NCBI RefSeq assembly: GCF_009914755.1 | Contig: NC_060929.1 | Length of the DNA stretch: 64,000 bases | Source of the DNA: the human T2T-CHM13v2.0 reference genome, Homo sapiens | Strand: one strand, 5' to 3' | Part shown: positions 53,306 through 64,000 of the stretch, in pieces | Position numbering within the stretch: the first letter of the stretch is position 1 | Layout: each line of letters begins with the position of its first letter | Program-made: the position numbers and the translations under genes | Notes under the pieces: model-generated | Database searches by the model: none | The model's input: the letters and a program-made list of their open reading frames with translations, nothing else | What the model was told of the DNA's origin: nothing

Positions 53306-55021
53306 TAAAATGATAGATATGGAGGTAATACACATGTTAATTGGTTTGATTTAGCCATTCTACAATGTATACATATTTCAAAACAACATGAACATAATAA
53401 GTATATACAATTTTTGTTAATTAGAATACATAAATAAAAATTCAATTTTACTTTTAGATCAAAGATCTAAATAAAATTTAAAAGATATTATTTTTAAAAA
53501 TGTAAAATATTCATGCTCTTGAGATAGGAACCTCGGAAGTCATAAAAGACAGATTCGACTACAGAACATTTAAAAATACATCATAAGTAATATTAAAAAG
53601 TAATAAAAGAGTACAAATCGGGAAAATATGTACAACATTCATAATAGTTAATATCTGTTTTACAATGAGTCCTTAAAGACAAACCATCCAACAGAAATAA
53701 ATTAAGGTGTAGAAAGGCAATTCAAAAGAAATGTAAATGGCCAACACATATTTGAAAATATGCTAAACTTCATTAATGCTCATTAAAATGCAACTTAAAT
53801 ATATGATATGATATCCTCTTTCATGTAGTTGAGTAACACAAATTAAAGAGACTACTAACACACTGCAATAGAAGTGGAGGAGACATGGCCACCTTCATTC
53901 ATTGCTGGGGAAATGTGACATCTGTAACTATTAGGGAAAAAAAATCTGCCAGTATCCATCAAAAATTAATCCACTAATCACATTTTTGGGAATCTAGTTT
54001 ATATATGAAAAAAACCAAAAAGGCTCTAGTATGACAGGATTTGCAAGAATGTTTATTATAGCATTCCCGATAGAGACAAAAGTTGCAAAAACCTCCAAGT
54101 GCATCAATAGTAGAATAAACACCATGAAATATCATGCCTTTCTAAAAAGAATGCATGTGATCTGTATGCACTGGCCTCGAGGGATGGCCATGATATACTG
54201 CGCATAAAAGCAAATTGTACTTTGATTAGTGAGTCTCATTCCTTGAAAAGAGAAAAAAAATAGACAGTGTTTATGTATCTGTATACATTTGGGCGTAGAA
54301 ACTGCTTTTAATACTGTTCCTTTAGAAATGGTAAGAGATCGGGGTTAACTATTATTTATCTTTATATAACTTAGTACTGTCTAAGCTGTTTTAAAAAAGG
54401 GGTATTTTTCCATTCTTATTACCTTATTTCAAAAATCAGATACTCTAAACTATGATTCAGAGTCAAGTAGAGAGAAGCAGAGAGAGAATGTCATAGTCTG
54501 GTGTGCTATTTCTGATTCTACATAAGGAATGTGATAGGTAATAGGATAAATCTTTATAGGTCTTTATGGGAAGAGCGAACTCTAGATAAACTAAACTCTA
54601 TTAGATAAAAGTGAAATTTCTGGCTTGGCTTAAAAATATACTGTACTTGCAAATAATTTAGGTATTTGTTCAGTCCAGACATTCACACTTTGATAACAAA
54701 CAGCTATGGGAAACCTAGTAGTAAACCTAGTACTAAAACCCTGTAAAACCTTCAGAGAGAATGGAGAAATACTGTAACTCACATGCCTGCAGCACTTGAT
54801 AAAACCTCCTAAGAAATCTTAAACAGCAGGAAATTGTTCCTTCAAGAACAAGAACACAAAAATGGGGTCCATTTATCAAAGAAAAGCCTATCTGGTGGCA
54901 ACTGACTCCAAGTAAATGAAATTCTGCTTTTTCAGGTTATTGAGACAGATCAGAAGTAAAGGAACTTAAAAGGAAACTGCACCCATGGGGAAATAAAGCC
55001 ACATATAGTTCATGCTTTTAC

Positions 55022-55107
55022 CTTATAGAAAGGGCATTCCAGGACTGAGGCTAAGAAAAGTTGGGTCAGTTGTGCCCGACTCAATGTGTCCAAATGAGAT
55101 TCTTTAC
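55022..55107 (-). CDS. FASTKD3: FASTKD3 coding exon
   Basis: tttcag|GT AAA ... AAG|gtaaaa; encodes (G)KESHLDTLSRAQLTQLFLASVLECPFYK; 86 nt. Confidence 0.93.
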
Positions 55108-55769
55108 CTGAAACAGAAAGCATCCCAGTCATAGTTACGTCTGAATTGAGGTATGTATGAGAGAACATCATGAACATTCAACATCAATTTACACACTCCA
55201 GACAGAAGTATTCTATTTTTAAATGACACTATGAAATGAACTTGTTAGAATTAATTATGCCCTCCTCTTGCCACCAATGAAATTGACTTCCAAGAACCCA
55301 AGCTCCTAGCTACAGAATACAATTAAAAGAGATAAAATATGTTCACAGAATTAGTGGAAATTTCCTTTAACTATGGAGTTCCGGAAATTTGACATATTTG
55401 GGTGGCCTTGAATTAAGATGAATAATACCATCCTCTCAAAAAAAAAAAAAAAGATACAGTTGCTCACTCATCAAAAGTTCTAACATGTTAATGTGGCTAT
55501 TTCCACTGCCATTACCATATCTCCTAAGAATGCTGCAATTTCTCAGATAAGGCAAAAGTCAGTTTATCTGAGACAGCTTTCTTCCCTCTACATGATTTCC
55601 TAGCATGCTTTAACTGTGTTTATGCCAGCATCTGTTAACTTCAGGTCTCATCTTCGGATCACTATGGAAGAAAAACTAAAGGCAACATATTGCCTTTATA
55701 TGTGACTTGAAACCACTGCCAGTTCAAAGGTTACTTTTTTCCAACTGTCAGAATTTATAACCAACTCAC

Positions 55770-57207
55770 CTTGCAGCCGTTGAAGGAAAAGAGGCTTGAA
55801 TATTTTTGCCAGAAAGTTGACTGGATGGCATTCATTAAGTGAACATGAATGAAGAAGTTTCAATAATGATTTGGGTGGAAAATAATTGAAATGAGTGAAT
55901 AGCACGTTTTCCAGCTTTCTAAATAAAGCAGAGGCATTTGGTGGCAAATAATTGAGTTTCCCAAATGGTTCCATTAAGGCAGAAATCTGACGAGGTGAAA
56001 ATTTTTCTGTTTGGCAAACAAAAGTTTCTGCCACTGCATTGAGGATGGGTTTTGAAAGAATCAGTTCTCTACTGCAGTACTCCATGACCCTGCAGACAAC
56101 TTCAGGATCCAACGTGAGGCACACCGCAGCTACACGATGCTCTAGGGCTTTTGTAAAAAATGTGTCATGGTGCCCAAAATATATGAACGCCTCCAAGACT
56201 CTCCTAAGCTCCTCGTTAGTGAAATGTGGGACATGCCTCACGACATATTTGCCCAATTTTATAATCAGAGGAAATGCTTGACTTTGATCAAGAACCACCA
56301 GGGCAGTGAGCATTTGGCTAATCAATTTAGGACTCAGGTTGGAAACTATTGATAGGGAAAAGTTGTTTATCTTATTTAAAAATGTTTGGTGTTCATCCAC
56401 TTTTTCAGTACATGCCTGCAAGATTCTATAAAGGGCCACAATATCCTCCGGGGTAAATGTTTCCAATTTTTCACCTTGAAGTTGATTTATAATGAGTTCT
56501 AGTGTCACACAACCTGAACTGTGCAGTGTAATCAGACTTTCCCCAAGAATACAAAGATTGCGAACTTCCATGCCACCTTTTCTGAGACGATTTTGGCATT
56601 CTGCCACCAGGTTCAGCAACAGGCTACTTTGAGGATCCACATGCAACAGAATCAGAGCTTGCAAAGCAGTCACTAAACTAGTGTTTGACAGCTGTGAGGG
56701 CTCCTTTTCAAACTGAAAGCATAAAGCTTGAAAGATGCTATTCTCCAGTATTTCTTTTGGCAGCCCTTGATCACCATCCTTTTTTTCCACTTCACAAATT
56801 CGTTGTAAAGCTCCTGCTGCCATAGTGTCAGGCAGGGTTTCCATCGTGCTTATAAAACTTAGCACTTCTTCTGATGAAGTCAAGTTGCTCAGTCTCCTGT
56901 AAAACATCTGACTCTCCTCATTTTTAACATTTTGTTCAAGCCTGTCGCAGTCAGATACTTGAGAGAACACTGGTCCACCGAGTGGATGAAGGTCATTTCC
57001 ATTTTTCGAATGAAACTTTTTACAATGGGCATGATGGAATTTGACCCCGAAAGGCTCAGGTTGTCGTGAACACAACCAAGGGCACAGACGCTCCTTGACT
57101 ACCTTGTGAACATGATTTAGAGGTTTATTTTTTAAAGCAGCCAGAGCTCTATGCATCTGAAAATCAGATAAACGATAAAGGTTCTTCCTCAAGGTGATTA
57201 ATGCCAT
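55770..57207 (-). CDS. FASTKD3: FASTKD3 large first coding exon (exon spans 57320-55770); FAST kinase domain-containing protein 3, mitochondrial RNA-processing factor
   Basis: Long ORF MALITLRKNLYRLSDFQMHRALAALK... with a basic presequence-like N-terminus and helical Leu-rich repeats; donor CAA G|gtgagt; the six coding exons sum to 1989 nt = 662 aa + stop. Confidence 0.97.
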
Positions 57208-58102
57208 ACCATCAGATTCTCAATTTGATAACTAAATTAAAAAATTTAAAAACACATGGTTAAATACATTGAGAACATGATTGACCCAACATCAATGTTT
57301 ATGAAACTACAAACGAGTATCTGGAAAAAAAAAAAAAAAAAAAAAAAGGATGGTTAACATATAAACACCAGAGGGGCAAAGTCTCTGCATCCTAGAGTTA
57401 GAAGAGTGGCTGACATTGAACAATAACAATCGCTATTACTTGCTAAACACTGTTGTAGGTATTCTATTAACTTACACAGATTCAGTACTTTTACTATCAT
57501 TTTACACGAGGAAGAAGTTGAAGCACAAAGTTACTTTGCCCAGTTTATGCAGGTGGTTAAGTGGCAGAGCTAGGGTTCAAACTCAGGCAATGTAGCTCTT
57601 AAGGGTGGCCCTTAAATGTTGGTTGAAGGAAGAAATTGCATTTGGATAGAAATCAAAGAACAGGTAAAGTGGGCAAAATTAGGCGAGGTTAGAGCAAGGC
57701 AAGGGTAAAAACGCGCTGGAAAGGCCCTAAGCTGTTGGTTTCCCCTCGGTGTCGGGAGAAGGTTAGTGTTGAAGGAAAGGGTCTACTTTGTCAATGGAAA
57801 CAAGGTAGGAAAAGAAAAAGCAAAACATAGATCAATGAAGGGAGAAGGTGGGGCGGCCAGTCCAGATCTAAAGACGGTGCGGGGGGATTTGGCAACACGT
57901 GTGTGCAAGACAGACAGACGGGAGGCCCCGCGGCGCGTTTTCCTAGGAATGAAAGGGACCCGCGGGGCGAGCACCCCCAAACTCGGCGCCCCGGGGACCT
58001 GCGCTGAGACACGGGCCGGGCGGCGCAGCCTGAGGAGAAAGCCGGCCAGGTCTTTGACACCCAGCCGGACCAACTGCGCGGAGACCCCGCGTTGACACCT
58101 AC

Positions 58103-58160
58103 CGCGCTCTGCCGGGCAATCACTCCGGGTGGTCGCGGAAGCGCCTGGGCGTCGTGGGCC
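58103..58160 (-). other. FASTKD3: FASTKD3 non-coding exon 1 (5' end approximate)
   Basis: Donor GCG|gtaggt on the - strand at 58102 inside the CpG island; pairs with the acceptor at 57321. Confidence 0.65.
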
Positions 58161-58257
58161 TCCGTAGCAAACGCGGGGCGGGAGCACGACTCAGGGCGGC
58201 GCAATGTGATTGGCCCAGGTCCCCTTCGGAGCTTTCTATTGGTCCTGGGTACCGAGC

Positions 58258-58339
58258 ATGGGCGCTGCGTCAGTGCGCGCTGGCGCAAGGTTGGTGGAAG
58301 TCGCGTTGTGCAGGTTCGTGCCCGGCTGGCGCGGCGTGG
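58258..58339 (+). other. MTRR: MTRR exon 1 region with two alternative donors (after 58313 and after 58339); start approximate
   Basis: CAG|gttcgt and TGG|gtaagc; ATG at 58258 gives MGAASVRAGARLVEVALC, which I recall as the N-terminus of the long MTRR isoform. Confidence 0.75.
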
Positions 58340-59735
58340 GTAAGCTGCCTGTCGGCTACGGTTCCCGGATTCCGGCCGCTCGCCCTGCACTAATCTCCTG
58401 GGAGAGGCGGCCCGGGGCGGGGGTGGGCAGCCGGCTTGCGCCCGTGGTTCCCACGCCCTTCGGCCTCCGGGGGTCGCCGCGGGCGCGGGCTGGGGCTCGG
58501 ACTTGGCCTTTGGCCTTTGGCTTTGGTGTCCCCGGGAGCGTGTCCTTGGGCTCGGCGTCGGCCTCTGCCGCGGGAGGCCCCTGGGCGGCGTGGGGTCTCT
58601 CCTCATGTTCTGCCTTTGGTTCTAGGCGCTTTCCAGGCCTAGGGAAACCGCACTCGGGGACGCGGGGAACTGGGGAACATGCCGGGTTGGGGCGGCGCGC
58701 TCCGGGGAACCCGGGACGTTCCGAGCGCCCACCCGGCGGGACGCGGCCGTGAGTTCTGCCCGCGGCCGTGAGCTCTGCCCACCGCCTCCGCGCCGCTTCC
58801 GGGGCTGCTGGGGCCCGGGCCTCCGCTGAGAGTCGTGGGAAGGTGGTGCCGGATTGTGGGGCAGTAGCAGGGATGAGGGGTTGATTGATCCTGGGAAGCC
58901 CTCAGGATGTGTGTTTCATGGGAAGTGATAGAAATTTTAGCTGTAGTAAGGTTTTCATTATCGTTTCCACCGTTTTCTGTGAGCTGTCAATGTGTAGTGT
59001 TTTCATATTGTTTATTCACTCATTCAGATAACTTATCGAGTACCAGTTTCATGCCAGGTGCCGTTCTGGGCGGTTCATTCACCGAAAGCCAAGCTTTTGG
59101 TTTGGGTTTCAGTTTAAATCTGTCTCTGCAAATTGACAGCCCACCAATTTTAGCCGTTAGATGAGTATGGAAAAAAATCTGTGAGTGTCGTTTGTTTTAC
59201 TACTGCTTATCTCTTGCGGAAAAACGTGTTAGTAAAATGTTTAAGTGGATTGGAAATATTTTTTCGTTATATGCACCCGTTTGTATATATGCCCATACAC
59301 TCACATATTTTTGATTTGCATTAAATAATGAAGGAGAGTATGTGCTTCAGTTACCTTTAGTACTATGATTAGTTTGTTTAGCGTTAGGATCAAATAAGAA
59401 CCAAGAATCCTATCATTTTAATATAGTTTTTACTTTTATCTTTTTTTAAAAAGAGGAAACCAAAAGCTATTTAAGACTGTTGTGAATGATACTGTGGCTC
59501 AAGTTTTGTTCAGGTTCTTGGCTTGTGCCACATCGTTTTTCAGGTAGGTGGTAATACTCTCATTTTTAGGATAAAGGAGCTGTGGTACGGATCATTTGGG
59601 GAGCTTGTCTACAGGGTTGCACTTAGGAAACACAGATTCAAGCCCAAGTAGTTTCGAGCCGATCATCTGATTTCTGAGCCATGGAATTAGAGTTTCATTC
59701 GTACACTCTCCTTAATTTGATGAATTCTTATTTAG

Positions 59736-60131
<396 letters not shown>

Positions 60132-61427
60132 TAATACCACCACATAGTCTTTGTTTTTTAACAGAAATGTGTTTGTTCAATGGTATAGTAAGATATCACC
60201 AGCATTTTTTTAATATAGAAGTGTGTAGTTGAATTAGACTAAATGGTCTCAAAAATTGAAACAAGTAACAACTCCTTAACTGTAAATGACAGAAGTAGCA
60301 TATGCTGTGTCTGTTTCACAGGGTGGCTGTGAGAACAAGTGAGATGTGTGTTTGCCTGCTCAGGTGTGCTTTCCACCTCTTGAATCTCAGTGTCCCACTT
60401 TTTTCCCCAAAAGAAAGGCCTTGCCGTGCGTGTTAGAGTTCCTCCTGATGAAGGACCGCCTAGATTCTTTTGTGAAATAGAATTTAAAGTAGTAGTGTAA
60501 GGATCTGGAAAAAACTCGGCTGCTTCTTCAGGGACTAGTTGTTTATGTTCAGTCTCTGCAGAAGTTCCTACCTTAGGGTATATGCAACTTTACCATCTTG
60601 TGTTCTTTTATTTAGTTTGCTGCCTCCAGATTATACTATTTCAGACAATTCAGGCGATAACAGTTGGCAGGGGCTTTATACCACAAGATGATTTGCCAGC
60701 CGCTAAGCAGTTAAAATTCACTTCAACATTTCAGAGACTGTCCTGCCAGTGCTCTCTCACCCAAGTGCACAACCCTCTCTGGCCTTTCCTAAAACTCCAG
60801 TTCAGAACACTAGACTGTGTGCAGCTCAAGTGAATTATAAACCCAGCTCACGGAAGGAGACTCACCTAGTTCCTTTATGCAGCCCTGCCACGGTAACTCT
60901 GGACACCAGAGAAAAGGGAGCTTCCTGGAGGAGACTGCCAGTCAGCAGACTCTGTCATTCTACAGTAACTTAAGTTCAGATTGCAGTGCCACATGATGAA
61001 GTATCTGAATCTGTTACTTTGGACAAAACCAAAGCCATCAGTATCATAAAACTAGTCCTGATTTGGCCCCTTGTGGTTGACCTCAGTAAGTTGATCAGCA
61101 GGTGTTTTGGCAGTCAGATGAATGGTGAATTTTTTTTTTTAACACCAAGATAGTCATGCTATTTATCCTCCCTGGCTGATGGTTTCGTCTAGCTGTTCAT
61201 AATCTAATATCCTTCCTATTTCACATAGTCCTTTTCAAGGTACTGACATTACTTATACAAACTCTGTATGTAGAGTTTAACACACAACTTACATAGAGTC
61301 TTGGAAGCATTAAATACTTCGGTAAAAAGTTAAGTTGTTACCTCTTTTATCAGTGTGAAAAATAAGGTGAATTATTTGGAGCCAAATTCGATGGTGTTCA
61401 TGGGCAGTAAAGCTTGTGGAGTCTTAC

Positions 61428-61650
61428 AAGTAAGACAAGGAAGTGTTCTATTTGAAATACTTAAATTTACACGAGAGTAAGAATAAAGAAACTTGATTTG
61501 TAAGAGTTTATAGCTCAGCTTATAGCTAATGATATTCTCAGAGTTAAGACAGTGAAATGCTCTATATGAAATATTTAAACTTACATGAGAATAAGAATAA
61601 ACTTGATTTGTAAGAGTTTGTAGCTCGCTTATAGCTAATGATATTCTCAG
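61428..61650. repeat. Two-copy tandem duplication, unit about 110-114 bp
   Basis: AAACTTGATTTGTAAGAGTTT(A/G)TAGCTC(A)GCTTATAGCTAATGATATTCTCAG ends at both 61541 and 61650, with similar sequence upstream of each copy. Confidence 0.88.
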
Positions 61651-62496
61651 CTCTCTGGAAACCTGAGGGAATGAGCGGTTCTTGATAGCCAGGTCCCTGA
61701 TTTAGAAGGGGTAACACTTTTAATTTCCCAGTTTTAAAATGCCCTGTTATCCCTCTGCCTTAGTGTCACATGCAGTACACATGGCTGGTTTTATATTTTG
61801 CTGAAGATTTCAGAGCTGTTGTGTTTTTATTGCTGTTTTTCTTTACCACAGTATTCTACTTGTTGCTTCCTTGTCTTGGCATTCTAATCCTGAGTGCTTA
61901 TGTATCAGTTCTCTTTATTTCTGAGTCTCCCCATCCCCATTTTAACACCTCTTTCCTTGCTTTTTTTTACTTTCTTATGAAAAGACGTTTCCACCCAGTT
62001 AGCTGCTGTTCCTCCTTGGCAGCTCATCACAGTGCCTAGGTGCCTCATCTTGGCTCTTAGCAGTGCTGATTTGCCTTGCAGATTTGAGCTCATGTTAATG
62101 TTTGGCCCATGACTCAGTGGCAAAGAGTTGACTATATCCTATTTCCTCTGATTTTTCTAAAAATGAAAGACTGGGACTAGATGGAAACCTGGGATGGGTA
62201 CTGTCTGTGCCTGTCCCTGCCTTTCGTACACAACATGAAGAGAAAGACGTGTTAATCCCCCCCAACCTCTTGATGAGCATCAACAAAACAGACGCATGGT
62301 TTCCTTGAATGACATCCTGCATTAGGCAAATTGATTAAGCTGAGAGCGCCTAGTCACTGGACTGGTCGTCTCAAAAAAACTGGCAAGGAAGAAGATTGAA
62401 ATACAAGACAGGAAACTAAGCTGATTGCTTTGCTGCTGAGTTAAATCAAAAATGCATGTAGTGTTAGGTCCCTGACTTGATATCCTTGTTTTGTAG

Positions 62497-62679
<183 letters not shown>

Positions 62680-63074
62680 TAGTATACTATTGATATCTCT
62701 GGTATCTGAATTATCTTTCAGAACTATGAAGTGTGATCATATAGGTTTTGTCTTTCTTATGTAAATATTATGTATATGTATATATAAATGTATGTAATGT
62801 GCTACCTTTTCTGAATCTTCCCCAGACTTTACCCCAGAGCCACACCTCTGCAGAACCTCTTGAGTAGCATTTTAATTAAGGATGCACCTCAGATGCAGCC
62901 ATGAAACATTTTCAGAATAGCAGTGGCTGGGCCTCATCCTAAACCTACTGAAACAGTCCTTGAAGAAGCAACCCCTCATGCCATTCCTCCATTTAGAAAA
63001 GCAGAACAAAACAAAACACTCCCAATGATTTTGATAACTTCTCTAAGAACGATTCTCCCAGAATGAATGATTTT

Positions 63075-63248
63075 CATTTCCCAGCTACACATCAGGATTA
63101 GCTAGGGGAGTTTTTACTAAATTATATGACTTAGGCCCACCTCCAGTGATTCTGATGTAATTATTCCAAGGTAGGGCCCTGGCATCGTTATTTTTAAAAG
63201 CTCCCAGGTGATTCTAACATATGTATCCCAGGTTAAGAAAAACTGACT
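63075..63248. mobile_element. MER5-like hAT-Charlie element
   Basis: AGGCCCACCTCCAGTGATTCTGAT ... TTTTAAAAGCTCCCAGGTGATTCTAA ... AGGTTAAGAAAAACTG. Confidence 0.68.
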
Positions 63249-63837
63249 TAGGACTCTGTGAACCATAGTTTAAAAATGTTAAAGGATCAAAAGAACCAGA
63301 TCAGCACAATATGATACCAGAGGGGAATTGAGGGTCTGCATTCCTGACTTGTGACCTATGTTGTTTTATCTTTGAGGATTATTTTTTGGAGAGGGTATCT
63401 AGCAAGGATGGGTTGAGTATAATAAATAACTGATTAGAAATTTGAGATTGTAACCCTGGCAATGATCTGTCATATATAACATGTTCAAGAGAGTATTTCA
63501 CAGTATTTATAATTTTTTTTTTACCTTAAGTTTTTATACTTTCTGTATTTTCAAAGAGAGAACACATACTTGTTTGAAAATCCAGAAAAGACAGAAACAG
63601 AAGCCTGTCCCACTGTTCGAGTCAATGTTAGGCCTAAGCGTGGAACCACTCATTTCTCACCCTTTTGTAGAGAAAGAACATGGAGATGCCTGCACAACTG
63701 AGGGATTTAAGCTTTTTTTTTTTTTTTTTTTTTTACACCATGAGACATAGAAGCAATTCTTGATTTCCCCAACACAGAAACATACCACATTGTTAATTGT
63801 GGTTATTTATATGGCTGGTGTACCTTTCTTTCTATAT

Positions 63838-64000
63838 CAGGAGTCAGTAAACTCTATGAAGGTCCAGATAGTAAATATTTTAGGCTTTGCAGGCCTACTC
63901 AACGCTGCTGTTATGAATAATATGTACACAAGTGGACTTGACTGTCTTTTAATAAAACTTTATTTACAAAGAAAGGCAGTGCATGGTATTTGTCCCAGAA
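63838..64000. mobile_element. MER58A-like element (runs to the window edge)
   Basis: CAGGAGTCAGTAAACT ... CCAGATAGTAAATATTTTAGGCTTTGCAGGCC ... AATAAAACTTTATTTACAAA. Confidence 0.75.

Larger units (their letters stand above)
57880..58860. promoter_or_regulatory. CpG island, bidirectional FASTKD3/MTRR promoter
   Basis: CpG-dense; ATTGG (CCAAT boxes) at 58209 and 58238, GGGGCGGG at about 58174, CGGAAG at about 58136; divergent splice donors at 58102 (-) and 58314/58340 (+). Confidence 0.9.

Noticed and set aside
55696-55769. FASTKD3 ORF extension (ELVINSDSWKK...) giving a 503-aa product
   Set aside because: Read-through past a strong GTGAGT donor into the intron; the spliced model gives a coherent 662-aa protein with a RAP domain.
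57766-58752. Long ORFs (up to 271 aa) across the FASTKD3/MTRR promoter
   Set aside because: Low-complexity Arg/Pro/Gly/Ala translations typical of CpG islands.

Overview
This is primate (human-like, Alu-rich) genomic DNA matching the known ADCY2 - CFAP90 (C5orf49) - FASTKD3 - MTRR neighbourhood (human 5p15.3, recognised from memory, not from a database search). I reconstructed the gene models by hand from GT-AG boundaries and reading-frame phase. The + strand carries the last three coding exons and 3' UTR of adenylate cyclase 2. The - strand carries complete CFAP90 (3 exons, 147 aa) and complete FASTKD3 (6 coding exons, 662 aa). The 5' end of MTRR (+) shares a bidirectional CpG-island promoter with FASTKD3. 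The rest is intronic or intergenic and dense in Alu, MIR, L1, L2, MaLR/ERV LTRs and Tigger/MER DNA transposons, plus two VNTRs. Most entries in the ORF track are artefacts of repeats or high GC. I found no evidence of a wholly new gene system. The best leads are regulatory. (1) MTRR exon-1 donor choice turns one AUG into either an N-terminal extension or a uORF whose stop overlaps the main start (UGAUG). (2) An open alternative frame in the ADCY2 last exon is reached by skipping a weakly defined catalytic exon. (3) The FASTKD3 leader has five upstream AUGs behind a T23 splice acceptor. (4) A + strand cryptic exon and an LTR promoter lie antisense to FASTKD3. (5) An RFX X-box sits at the CFAP90 promoter. 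Repeat subfamily names come from recalled consensus motifs and their boundaries are approximate.
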